Shown here: positions 1-11,600 of the stretch, piece by piece
Layout of the letters: every line of letters starts with the position of its first letter
How positions within the stretch are numbered: position 1 is the stretch's first letter
Source of the DNA: Octopus sinensis
Lineage: Eukaryota
Direction: 5' to 3'
Assembly: GCF_006345805.1 (NCBI RefSeq)
Contig: NC_043016.1
Span: forward strand, 6,076,001 to 6,140,000
Length of the DNA: 64,000 bases
Program-made: the position numbers and the translations under genes
The notes under the pieces: model-generated
Database searches by the model: none
The model's input: only the letters and a program-made list of their open reading frames with translations
Told to the model about the DNA's origin: nothing

Positions 1-202
1 AGAAATCCCAGAATCTAGCAATCCCACTGCTGGACACTTCTTGCCTGCAACTGATACCTCTCTACTTTTCGCTACTATACATTTTACAAGAGATATTTTC
101 ACAAGAACAGTTGTGTGGCTTTCTTACACTATAAGAGTATAACAAAAAGAGAGAATGCTGTGTGCAATGAACTGTAATACCTTAACCCTTTCATTACTAT
201 AT

Positions 203-1117
203 AGTTGAATTTAATGCACAGCAGGACAGGTGCACCATAAAGGTGAAATAAACTGAAATATTGGAATCCACCGCAAGTTTGACCAAACTAAAGAAATCGG
301 TCAAAAAATAATATATGGCTCTGGTTATGGTATGGAAGTGATAAATTCAGGCAACAATTTAGATACAACATTTTTTTTTTAAATGAGGGAGAGGTGCTGG
401 AAAGAGAAAAAAAAACAAGAAAAGAAATTCCACTTCCTCACAGAATGCTAACAACAACATATATACACCCCTCATGAGTTTCAATTAAATCTAAAATAAT
501 CATGAATTTAGACTAGCTTCATTAAATAACTAACTTTTTTACTTATCAGCATGTGATATTTGGAACATAATTAAAGAAAGGGTTCTTAATCAATTCTATT
601 GCATAACTTTTGTCTCAAAGTGACTTTAATTACAGGTAAATCCAGGTAAACAGCAAAAGGGTTCTTAATCAATTCTATTGCATAACTTTTGTCTCAAAGT
701 GACTTTAATTACAGGTAAATCCAGGTAAACTGAGCAAAAGGTAAAAATATTAAAATTTTGTTTAAACATCACCATAGAAAATGAACCATCAGCTAATATT
801 CAATTGGATATGCAACAAAATTTTGATAAAGAAGAATTGTGCACATCCCTAGATCATCAGTTGAATTTAATGCACAGCAGGACAGGTGCACCATAAAGGT
901 GGAATAAACTGAAATACTGGAATCCACCGCAAGTTTGACCAAACTAAAGAAATCGGTCAAAAAATAATATATGGCTCTGGTTATGGTATGGAAGTGATAA
1001 ATTCAGGCAACAATTTAGATACAACATTTTTTTTTTTAAATGAGGGAGAGGTGCTGGAAAGAGAAAAAAAAACAAGAAAAGAAATTCCACTTCCTCACAG
1101 AATGCTAACAACAACAA
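203..1117 (+). repeat. About 255-bp direct repeat (203-458 and 859-1117), with a nested 80-bp-period tandem (577-650 and 656-730)
   Basis: Near-identical copies seen directly. Confidence 0.9.
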
Positions 1118-1294
1118 TATTAACAGAAGCAAAGGCAGTAAGCTGGCAGAATCATTAGCATGCCAGGCAAAATGCTCAGGAACATTTCGTTTGTCAACAC
1201 ATTCTGAGTTCAAATCCTGCTAGGGTCAACTTTGTCTTTCATCCTTTTGGTATTGACAAAATAAGTACCAGCTGAACACTGGGGTCACTGTAAT

Positions 1295-2016
1295 TGTTGT
1301 AAAACATAGTTTGTTACGTACAATAAATAAGATAACCAGTCAACAGTAACAACAATGTAACGAACTAACAAATCTCTTTACGAACCAACAATCAATATTC
1401 CTTGTGACTTCACTGTGAACTCACACAAACTTCACTCGACCCTGAACTCTGAACCTTGAACTCACTTGGATTGAACTCACTTGTTACTATTTATAGTTTA
1501 CTCACACCAGTCTATCACAAGGAGGTGTTGTAAATCTGATCCCTTTTGAGATTTTGACTACAGTGAGAAAGTAGAATTTCTTTTCTCTTTCTTTTTCTTT
1601 CCAGCACCACTCCCTCTTTTTTTTTTTTTAAAGCTGTTGTATATTAATTGTTGCCTGATTTTTAAGGTATTACTGTTCATTGCACACAGCACTCTTTCGC
1701 TATATTCTTGTTAGCACTGGGTTTTTTTTTTGAAAATCTAATATCTTTTCCGTTAGGTATTACTTCCAGATGTTCAGTCCATTTTCGTTTTCTGAAGCTA
1801 ATTCTATGGGGTGCAATATCTCTTAGTGCTGGCATTTCAAACATATCATAGAAAACTTCCATTGGTATTACCCTTTGTTCTTCTGTATATCTCATCTTTA
1901 ACTGGTTAAGACGATTCCAAACTCTGAACTTTGAACTCACTTAGACTGTTACTAATTATACTTTACTTGGACTTATCTATCTCTCACAAGGGGGCATCAT
2001 AACTCTTACCACAACA
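1295..2016. mobile_element. Solo LTR (BEL/Pao- or Gypsy-type) inserted in a SINE
   Basis: TGTTGT...ACAACA termini and exact 5-bp TSD GTAAT (1290-1294 and 2017-2021). The SINE sequence resumes after it. Confidence 0.75.
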
Positions 2017-2132
2017 GTAATTGACTTATACCCTCCTCCAAAACTGCTGGCCTTGTGCTAAAATTTGGAACTAATATTAACAAAAGCAATATTATTAATA
2101 ACAATAATAATTATAATTTTGATAAAATTTAC

Positions 2133-2210
2133 CTTTAATGAGCCAGTTTCTAGATCATAAATGTAGATAAGATTGTCACCACATCCAGCATAAAGGTTTT
2201 TCTCTCCATT
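2133..2210 (-). CDS. THOC6: THOC6 exon 8 (NGEKNLYAGCGDNLIYIYDLETGSLK); gene continues left of the window
   Basis: catcag|...|gtaaat, 78 nt. Resembles human [21 protein letters not shown]. Confidence 0.9.
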
Positions 2211-2569
2211 CTGATGTTGAAAGAAGCAAAAGTACTTTTAAGTTGAAATCATCAACAATATTTATTCTAGAGGAAACATACATGCACACACACACACTCA
2301 CATCTACATCATACCAATGAAGGAGCATCAACATAATTGTTAAGCCCATTAGAAGCAGTATCCTAATTCCTCAGAAATCATTGCTCAAGTTCTTAAAAAA
2401 AGGAAGGACACATTCAATAATGTAGCCATGGTTATATTATCTGTAAATCAGTTGTGATGGTCATGGCTGGAATGCTTTGAGCTGGCCTACTTGAACAGAG
2501 GTATAAAAACAATATATTATTTCAGATGTATGCTGGATATTAAAAATCGAAACTATTGATGTTTTAAAC

Positions 2570-2810
2570 CAGTGGTTGCCAAACCTTTTTCAGGCTGCTG
2601 TCCCCTTGGCACCCTGGCCTCATTCCCAGTGCCCCACTCACCACCACCACCACCACAACCATTGACTATTTCCTGCAGCAAATTCACAATAATCCGTTAT
2701 TTTGGTGGGGTCTTTTTACATCCATTGTCCCCTTTTGACCACCCCATTATCACCCCACATTTCTTCAATGCCCAGCTGGATCATTCCACTGCCCCCTTTG
2801 GGAATCACTG
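2570..2810. mobile_element. hAT-type MITE
   Basis: Termini CAGTGGTTGCCAA / TTGGGAATCACTG; 8-bp TSD TTTTAAAC/CTTTAAAC. Confidence 0.8.
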
Positions 2811-2989
2811 CTTTAAACAATGAAAATGACAATTCTATCACTTTGGATATCCTATCAACAACATTGTCTATTTCTAAATGGCAGAGTGTAATTAGAGGGA
2901 GATTTAGTTGCTATTTCCAACAGGTCATGCTGAAGCTATTTAAAATCAGTTAAACTGATATATATTGTTGTGTTGAGTGGAGGAAATTA

Positions 2990-3400
2990 TATATAACAAG
3001 CTTAAAAGCAGCCCCGTCAGGCAGCTTTTAAGCTGGTATATATCTTTTAAGCAACTGACCCTGAATGGGAAGATCTGCAAACAGATCTCTGACTTGTTTT
3101 GCAGAATTTGTTGCAATTGCTTCCTCCAGAGTCACATCTCAATAATGATCATATTCGTCGAAAAAAGTCACATAAAAAATTGCCGAAAACAATTACAGTA
3201 ACAAAAACTTGGGAATCCAAAATTCCAGGATTGTGGGTCCAGATTTGGCCCGGAATGTTTTTAATTTACTCATAAAGTCAGCCTGATTCCAAAATGGTAT
3301 GATATGTTGGGCTACGGCCTCTAGGAGTAAAGTTGAAAATGTGTGACACACTGACACACTGACATTCACATTTATTATATTATATTATATTATATTATAT
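2990..3400 (-). mobile_element. Candidate non-autonomous Helitron/Helentron-like element
   Basis: Minus strand begins tataataaatgtgaatgtcagtgtgtcagtgtgtcac and ends in the hairpin agcttaaaagc.gcc/ggc.gcttttaagct followed by TGT (2999-3034). Confidence 0.4.
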
Positions 3401-3409
3401 TATATATTA

Positions 3410-3625
3410 AGGCAGCAAGCTGGCAGAATCATTAGCACACCAGGCAAAATGCTTAGCTGTATTTCATCCACCATTAGGTTTTGAGTTTGAATTTCGTTGA
3501 GGTCAACTTTGCCTCTCATCATTTTGGGGGTCGATAAAATTAGTACCAGTTACATACTGGGGTCAATGTAATCAACTTAATTGCTTCTCCCAAAATTTGA
3601 TGCCTTGTGCTTCGAGCAGAAAGGA
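3410..3625 (+). mobile_element. SINE, family ggcagcgagctggcagaatcgttagc...gagttcaaattcc...gactttgcctttcatcctttcggggtcgataaa (other copies near 1133, 24848, 25070, 27921, 38268, 42800, 53928)
   Basis: Many dispersed copies of about 200-230 bp with a B-box-like GTTCAAATT. Confidence 0.85.
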
Positions 3626-4990
3626 TTTATTAAAATTGAAAGTATGACACACTGGCATTCACGTTTATTATATTAGATACGTTTAATTTTGGGGAAACTT
3701 TATTTCTATTAAAGTGTATTTTTTTTTGTATGTGTGTGTGTGTGTATGCATATACTTATAGGGTGCTAGAAGTGATGTACAGATAGTGAATACTGAGAAA
3801 AGAGGTCACCAGAATTTAGGAAAAATAATTTTTTTATTTAGTCATTATTATGAGCGCTTTCGTTCGTCTTCAAACTTGTCAAGTAACATTGTGAATGTGT
3901 AAACCAGTTTGTTCATTTATATAAATCAGGTGGGTTTTTTTTATTTGTTTTGCTTAAAAAGGAAGGAAGGAAGGAAAGGAAGAGAGGAAGGAGGGTGGGG
4001 AATGGGTAGGTAGGTAGATGGATAGATAGGTAGATGGATGGATGGATAGATAGAGAGACAGACAGATAAGTAGTAGAGAGAGGGAGGAGGAGGGATTTCT
4101 TTTCAATTTGGAATGCATTTTACCATTTATTTATTTAGTTTTTTACTATCGTATAACTACATACATATTTATAAATATATACATTGTTGTGTATACTGCC
4201 TTAACACACGGAGTGGTTGGCGTTAGGAAGAGCATCCAGCCGTAGAAACATTGCCAGATAAGACTGGAGCCTGGTGCAGCCTTCTGGCTTCCTAGATCCC
4301 CGGTCAAACCGTCCAACCCATGCTAGCATGGAGAACGGACGTTAAACGTTGATGATGATGATGATTTATTTATTTTTGGAATACACAAAAAATAAATAAG
4401 TAAATGAGTGGAAATTGAACCAGTGAGGGTGTCAGATATTAAGGCAGTATGGCTCTCCCCAGACACAACAAAATTTGTTTCAACACATGAATTCACATAA
4501 AGGATCCTGTAAACCAGATACAAAAAAAAAAGATATATACATATATATATTAGAAAAAACACTTTTTATCAATTAAAAATGAACAATTAAATTGATAAAA
4601 GGTGATTTTTTCTAATTTACATATGTACATATTATATTTTGTGAAATTTGATTTAGTATTTCTAAATTGAATTTTTCCTTGTAAGTTAGGAATAATATTT
4701 CCTCAAATAATTATTATTATATGATGATGATGATGATATATATATATATATATATACCTACATGCATAGACACATACACCACTCACACACACTCATCTTT
4801 TTTATCATCATCATCATCATCATTTAACAACTGCCTTGCATGCTGGTATGGGTTGGATTGTTTAACAGCAGCCATTGTTGATAATGATGTTGATAGTGTT
4901 TAAAAAAAAAAACACCTTCACAAAAGCATAATGATAAAAACTCAAGATTTGAAAAATTATAAAGTGAAAATTTCCACAACATGAACTTAC

Positions 4991-5032
4991 CTTGTTATCA
5001 GTAACCATGGATTAATCTCAGAAACCGAAAAG
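4991..5032 (-). CDS. THOC6: THOC6 exon 7 (SFSVSEIN[S]MVTDNK), with apparent 1-nt deletion
   Basis: ttgcag|...|gtaagt. It is 42 nt, but 43 nt are needed to join phase 2 to phase 0. Adding one base at about 5011 gives SEINSMVTDNK, similar to human PEINALLLVPK. Confidence 0.8.
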
Positions 5033-6066
5033 CTGCAAACAGAAAGCAAAACAATAAATTACTACTAGTATACTACTACTACTAATACTACTAATTGTTG
5101 TTGTTGTGTTGCTGTTGAAGATGTTGCACAGTATTCACACTAGCATAGTTAGAGTGTGCACCACCCGGGGCGGCCCTTCAGTTTGCCACCCCCACGCCCC
5201 ACAAAAAAACACATTTTGCCCTACAGCAGATACAAAAGTTCCAACCATTTAAAATTGCCACTCAGGGATTTGTACCTTCTATCAAGTCACAACAAGGACA
5301 GCAATTTATCCATATTTCTGGTATAGTAGCCAGTGCAGTTTTGAGCCACCTGGTCATGTCTACACTGGTCATGTCTACCTGGTCATGTCTACCTGGTCAT
5401 GCCTGCACTTGTACTCTTTCTGCACAAGACTTCCACAAGCGCCAATGATGTGAGTCATGCTTTCAACTTTCTTCCTGCAGATTCTGCAAATTCATTGCAC
5501 TTGTGTGGTATATATCCCTTTTCACTGAGTTGGTATTCACTGCCCAGTCCTGGGCAGCAATGATTAGGCTTTCAGTCCTCTTTCTGAGTGCACCATTATT
5601 GCTTCCTGGTCTTTTAAGTTGTTAGTTTCACGGTGGAACTGACCATGTAATTCCATGTGGAGTAGAATTTCTTCTCTCTCTTTGGTTATTTATGATTGGA
5701 ATTCATTAGCACTCTCAAGTCTATTGTCAATAAATCATTCTGCATTAGCAGCATATTCAGTTAGCAGGTCTTATTCACTGTTTAACAACTACTCTATGAT
5801 ATTTCTTCTTTCACTGTTGATGCATTTCCAGACACTAATCAAGCCGCATCCACCTTTATCCCTCATATACAGATCCACCTTTATCCCTCTTCATATATAG
5901 ATCCGCCTTTATCCCTCTTTATATACAGCCTATGTATGTTCACCTTAAGGTAGAGGGCACCATGTACTGTCATCATCTTTCAAATAGTGCAATCAAGTTG
6001 GTCAATCTCTGCTTGTGTCCATTTCAGAATGGCTGCACTGCAGCAGACTACAGCAATAGCCTATGT

Positions 6067-6564
6067 CAGTGGTTCCCAAAATATGAGTCGTGACCCACAG
6101 ATGAGCCACAAACAGAATCTTAGTGGGTCGCGAAAATTTATAAAATTACGCATTAGCTTTGATTAACTGCTGTCTATCGAGAATTGGTACAGTTCTGGGT
6201 GTCTCTTCAAACCTCGTACCCAATCATTTCCACCGAAGCATTAAAAGTACTTCTCCCTTTCAGGTCATCTTATATTTGTGAAGCTGGATTGTCAGCAATG
6301 GTTGGGATTACAAGCAAATATCGAAATAAACTGCAACTCTCAAATTCTTTACGCCTGAAACTATCACGCATTGAACCTGATGTTAATTCTATTATTGAGC
6401 GTAGCAAGAAACAGGCTCATCCTTCTCACAGGCCTCACTGAAGATGTAATCTGAAATAGATTTGTGAATTTCATTAATGTTTTTACTCAGTAGAGTTAAG
6501 TGGGTCGTCGTAAACTGGTGTGATAAATAGTGGGTCGCGACTCTAAAAAGTTTGGGAACCACTG
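6067..6564 (+). mobile_element. hAT (Buster/Charlie-type) deletion derivative retaining the transposase C-terminal dimerisation domain
   Basis: TIR CAGTGGTTCCCAAA at both ends; exact 8-bp TSD GCCTATGT (6059-6066 and 6565-6572); ORF 6184-6441 with FW...YP...ALKVLLPFRSSYICEAGLS...KYRNKL. Confidence 0.93.
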
Positions 6565-7050
6565 GCCTATGTTAATGACAGTCACAAGGCTGCTTACATT
6601 GAGTTTCGACTTCAAGAGAAGTTTGAGGCGCTTCAAATACTTAATAGTGACATTGTCTTTCATGGCAACATCTATGCAATTTTTTTTCAATATCTATGCA
6701 AGATATTGTCCAGCTTCAGGATCCTATGATACTTGTATCCATCATCATCTGGCTCTCCCATTTGCTCAATGTTTGGAAGTTCTATGCCCCTGCAATCTGC
6801 TCTTTTTCCCCCGTTTCAAACTGAACACCACACACTCAGAGATCCAAATTTCCATTCCTATATCCTTGCTGCACATCTATTACACTCTCAACCGGTCTCT
6901 CATTTTACTCTCTGTTTTTGTGAACAGTTTTTAAATCATCCATGGCCTGTTTTTCTTCAGCTCATAATGTATGTTGACTTTGCATAGAAAGTAGGACCAA
7001 GGCTGTAACAAATAACAAAAGTGAACAAAAATCTCCCTGGAAGATAACTC

Positions 7051-7473
7051 GGATCTTTTCGGTTTGAACGGCAGTTTTTTAAAAATAATTTCCACGTAAC
7101 TAAACACTTTTAAACTTCGTATACTGGTAGAATGTGTTTATAAAATGTCTTTTTCTCATGGTTTTATTGAGAAAATTCTATAGTTTGTAAGATATTTGTT
7201 GGTTTTTTTTCTTCAATTTCTGCAATTTCAACCAATCACTGACGTCTATTGAGGTAAAAAAAAACATTCTGTGCCATATGAAAATGGCCCTCGTTTAAGA
7301 AACAGATTGGGTTTATTTACATTTGTGAAGAAAAAAAGATACCCTTCCCCCCACCCCTAACCCTAACCCTAAAACAGATTGAAATGCAATAGATCGATAC
7401 TAGGGTCATAATTATGGGTGACAATTTCATATGATACTGCTAGAATAAACTGCCGTTCAAACTGAAAAGATCC
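7051..7473. mobile_element. Merlin-like MITE, copy 1
   Basis: About 28-bp TIR GGATCTTTTCGGTTTGAACGGCAGTTT; TSD GATAACTC/AATAACTC. Confidence 0.85.
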
Positions 7474-8003
7474 AATAACTCTTTTGATCATTACCTCGGC
7501 TAAGTGCTAATTGTTACAGAAAAGACATGTTTTCCAAATAGGCATGCTGTTCTTGAGTAGTGCACACACACATCCTCATTGCAACACATGTCGAGTATTT
7601 CCAGTATTCACAAATGTGACATGTCGTAAGCCTTCTTAAAATCTATCTACACCATTCACTAGATTTTTTGTTTTTTTTGTACACTTGGCAATTCTGTTAT
7701 TATTATCACTAGGTCTTTAGTCATCACTACACTGCCAGTAAAAACATTTGTTATTCATGTGCATATAGTGAGTCTCGTTAGTTACTATGGTAACAACTAT
7801 GTACCTATCTATCTTTCACTCACACACACACACTCTCTCTCTCTCTCTCAACAACAGCAAAAACAACCTGTTTTTTTTTTCTTGAAACAAATTTTAATTC
7901 TGTCTTTCATGTTCAAAGGTCGTGCTAATGCTAAAACCATTAAAACTATTTAATTACAACCAAAATAAAACAAGCCAAAGGTGATATATCTTTGTCACTT
8001 TAC

Positions 8004-8044
8004 CTTTTTGTGGGTATAATCAAAGCCCAGGCCAATTTATTTGT
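8004..8044 (-). CDS. THOC6: THOC6 exon 6 (TNKLAWALIIPTK)
   Basis: tttcag|...|gtaaag, 41 nt, phases 0/2, in frame with exon 5. Confidence 0.8.
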
Positions 8045-8440
8045 CTGAAAAATAAAAGATAATAAAAAAATAAATACAATGAGTTTATCTTTTATTTTTT
8101 TACTTAATAATAAAGACAAGTGAGCATTAGGTCTATGACAGACATTTGTAAAGTAAGGAGCAGGGAGTGGGAGATAATATACTTTAACTTTAATTTAATT
8201 TCAATATATGATGGGTCTTCATTTCAGCAACACTTTTATTAGCAAATCATAATCGCTTCACTGTATTTCTCTAGCTTTACCAGTTCATTGTCCGATTTTC
8301 TCTAGTGATACGTAATAGCTTTACATTGATGTAGTCTTGTATGCAACGGTATTACATGACATTAACAACTTTATATTAAAATAGTCTTGCACACAAAATC
8401 AAAGAAGGCAACTTCAACACCTATAGTGGTGGTGGTGTAG

Positions 8441-8488
<48 letters not shown>

Positions 8489-8509
8489 ACAGCTGCAGCA
8501 GTAGTAGTA

Positions 8510-8686
8510 ATAAGCTGCCGGACAAGGTAGTGAAGATGCCAACGACCGCTCGGTTCAAAGTCTCTCTTGACCAGAAATGGCCTGAACTCTGTGTATGAAC
8601 ACCCTCCCTGTACATAACTCCCTGTCCCCCTACATGGCCTTGCTTTTGCTTTTTGAGCCAATAAAAATTGAATTGAATTGAATTGA
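8510..8686 (+). mobile_element. 3' end fragment of a related CR1-group LINE with (ATTGA)n tail
   Basis: Similar to 16045-16192 (KLPDKVVKMPTTARFKVSLDQKWPELCV* plus 3' UTR). Confidence 0.85.
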
Positions 8687-8945
8687 AAAAAATAGTAGTG
8701 TTAGCAGAGGCAGCAGCAGGAAATTTAAAAAAATTGAAGTCTTAAAAACTAAAAGGAAGTTTGTCAAGAATAATAATTTCATTTTGTGGTCAATATTAAA
8801 TTTTGACACAGGCTTAAAAGAATGGATGAACTAACTCTACCCTTGTTGCTATAGTAATTCACTAAGTTTTATGAACTTTAATAAAAACAAAAATGACAAT
8901 ATAAAAAAAAAAAACATTCCTTCAAGGGAATTTAAATCAACTTAC

Positions 8946-8997
8946 TCGTTTGATAATATGACTCCAGAGCCATGCCTTTATGTAACCACTGCACCCA
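8946..8997 (-). CDS. THOC6: THOC6 exon 5 (CGCSGYIKAWLWSHIIKR)
   Basis: tttcag|...|gtaagt, 52 nt, phases 2/0. Resembles human SAGDGEVKAWLWAEMLKK. Confidence 0.92.
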
Positions 8998-9285
8998 CTG
9001 AAAATATATTTTCACAATATTTAATAGACAATCATCAAATATTTTAAGGCATTCTGTAAAATCTATTTCTATTCTCCTTTTATAATTACGGTTGACAATG
9101 AATCAGAAATGAAAACCTTCAGTTCAGAAAATTATGATTATAAGATCTTTTAACACTTCATTACCATATTTCTTCTGAAATACGCTGTGGGTTTATAACC
9201 TTTTAGCATTCAGATTATTCTGTCAAAGGCAATGCTTGTTCATTCATGTTATGTTCACTTAATCACACATTATCTCATATTTTAA

Positions 9286-9507
9286 CCCTTTCATGACCAA
9301 CCCGGCTGAAACCGGCTCTGGCTCTGTAGTACTAAATGTCTTGTTTTCTTAAGTTTTGAATTAAAATCTTCCACCAAACCTTAGTCACAATTTGTATTCC
9401 TAACACTTGTTTAATGATAACTAAGTTATTTTACTAAATTCTTTGTTATATTTAAAGTAATTGAAAGAAACACAGAGCATCTCAAAATAAATACAGTAAG
9501 GAAAGGG
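9286..9507. mobile_element. piggyBac-like MITE (about 220 bp)
   Basis: TTAA|CCCTTT...AAAGGG|TTAA; homologous to 24624-24844 and 57436-57657. Confidence 0.8.
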
Positions 9508-10077
9508 TTAAAGATTACAATGATGTGATTTCATATTTTTAGAAGAATAATTTAGGGAAGATGTGATCTGGCCAGTTGGAACATAAAACAGGTACAATGT
9601 TTGGACCAGATATGGCCGGTTTTATTGTTAAAGAGTTAATTTATTTTGAAGATAATCAAGAATTTGATATCAGTAGAAGTTTGTAAAATCAAGTAAAATA
9701 ATTTTTTTTATTATTGAAGGGCAGGTATAGCAACTAAGAAGTTAATTTTCCAATTATATAGTTTTTGGGTTCAGTCCCTCTGAATGGTATCTTGGGCAAA
9801 TATCTTTTGCTATAACCCTGGGCTGACTAAAGCCTTGCAAGTGAATTTGGTAAAGCCTGTCACATGTGTGTGTGTGTGTGTGTGTGTCTCCTCCTGACAT
9901 GCCATGATAGTTATAAACAAATATCATTGTCATACAAGCTGAGTCCCTCATTTCCAACCTTCTGAGGAAACAGGTCTGGCCATGAGGGAAACATAATTCT
10001 ACTTAGAAACAGATAAAGGTTTAAAATGTGAAGGACATTCAGCCACAAAAATTCTGCAATTAAAATCTTATATTTAC

Positions 10078-10132
10078 CATATTAATTCTCGACTAGTGGA
10101 CGTCATGGAACATATTGGACCATCATCTGAGG
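10078..10132 (-). CDS. THOC6: THOC6 exon 4 (ASDDGPICSMTSTSRELI)
   Basis: ctgcag|...|gtaaat, 55 nt, phases 1/2. Resembles human AHDGPVYSMVSTDRHLL. Confidence 0.9.
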
Positions 10133-10856
10133 CTGCAGAAAGAAAAATTCACAAGAATTAAATACATTTGTCATTATTTAATGAGGGTTTACTTAAATAA
10201 CAATGGTGATGATGGTGATGATTGTGGAAATGGTGATGAGAGACCACTCAAAGATTCCCATTTTAGAAAAATGGAGAAGGGTTTAGTCATGTGCCAATAA
10301 CTCCTTCTCACAGAGAAAAGAAAAATATCTGATATATTACTGAACTGTCCAAGAGTGGAATTATATGTAGCTCAACACACATAATTCTAGTATCATTTAT
10401 TTGCCATTTTATCTCTATATTATAATTCTGAAATGTGAAAAGTTTGTTTGTTTGTCTGGTTTGTCTAGATTCCGTCAGATTTGCTCCAAAATTTACAGGG
10501 ACATGTAAAATGAGGCGAGGATGCGAGTGGGCTAGGTTAGAAATCCCTATCTTAAAAGCTATGGTTACTAGGGCAAAAAACGCACACTTTGACAATTGTC
10601 TGTCGCTTCTCTTTCTGTTATCTGCCTGTCTTCCTCCATCTCTCTCTCTTTCCTCCTTTCCCTCTACTTTTGAACTATAACGACGTTTGACAGCTTCCAC
10701 TCTCTTTCTCCTGCCACCTTCGCCAATTCTGTCACTCTTTCCCCCACATTCTCTCTCTGTACGTCTGTCTGCATTCATAGAGAAAATTATTATTGCCACC
10801 ACCACCAAACAATCATGAGAACAAATATTATGAATCAGATATTTACTGGGTTAATT

Positions 10857-10890
<34 letters not shown>

Positions 10891-10892
10891 GG

Positions 10893-10926
<34 letters not shown>

Positions 10927-11221
10927 TATATAATTTGCATACATTTGTACATATAATGCATACACACACACATATAATGCATATATATGTACATATATAT
11001 ATTTAATGCGTATATATATATATATGTATATATAATGTGTGCATTATGTGGTCAGTTGAGCTGCAAATATGCACACCTATGTTAAAAGTGCTGGCGAGTT
11101 TGCATGCCAACTATTTTTTTCCTCAAATGAAAGGCATGACCTCTAGGACAAAATACCTCATCTTTTAAAATGTGGCCTGAGTAGACCCAAATTAATTACA
11201 TCAAGCTAAAAAATTTGTGCC

Positions 11222-11600
11222 AGCCTTGAAATCTAACAACGTCCCTGTAAATTGCTTGTACAGCTCTCACTAACCACTCATCTACCTCTAGTTTCTGCAT
11301 TGACTACCAGATAAGGGATTGGGGGACCCTTTCAAAGGCTTTCTCCATGTCAACAAAAGCCAGGTACAGAGGTTTATCTTTGGCTAGGTATTTCTTCTGC
11401 AGCTGTTTTACCAGAAATATAGCATCAGTGGTGCTTGTCCCTGGCACGAATCCAAACTGCATCTCATCTAGACTGACTCTCTCCTTAATTAGTTGGGCTA
11501 TGACCCTCTCGGTGACCTTCATTTCCTGATTTAACAGCTTGATACTCCTGCAATTATTCGTATCTAATGCATCACCTTTACATTTGTAGCAGTTAATGTT
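11222..11600 (-). mobile_element. RTE LINE RT fragment
   Basis: MQFGFVPGTSTTDAIFLVKQLQKKY...AFVDMEKAFERVP. Confidence 0.85.

Larger units (their letters stand above)
5270..7735 (-). mobile_element. Fragmented R4/Dong-like (RLE-group) LINE relic, interrupted by two MITEs
   Basis: Broken frames give IIAAQD, THIIGAC...YKCRHDQV (C-terminal CCHC/RLE region) at 5390-5570 and a KQKNL...W.DFKKAYD-like RT motif at about 7610-7680. Confidence 0.6.

Noticed and set aside
5350-5403. Short regularly spaced repeats as a CRISPR-like array
   Set aside because: Head-to-tail tandem units without unique spacers, in eukaryotic LINE-derived DNA with no cas genes.
6184-6441. Domesticated ZBED/Buster gene exon
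   Set aside because: It lies inside a 498-bp TIR/TSD-bounded deletion derivative, antisense within a THOC6 intron, and has no ATG start or splice context.
7342-7370. Interstitial telomere or chromosome-fusion scar
   Set aside because: Only 2-3 units, and they are an internal part of a multi-copy MITE.
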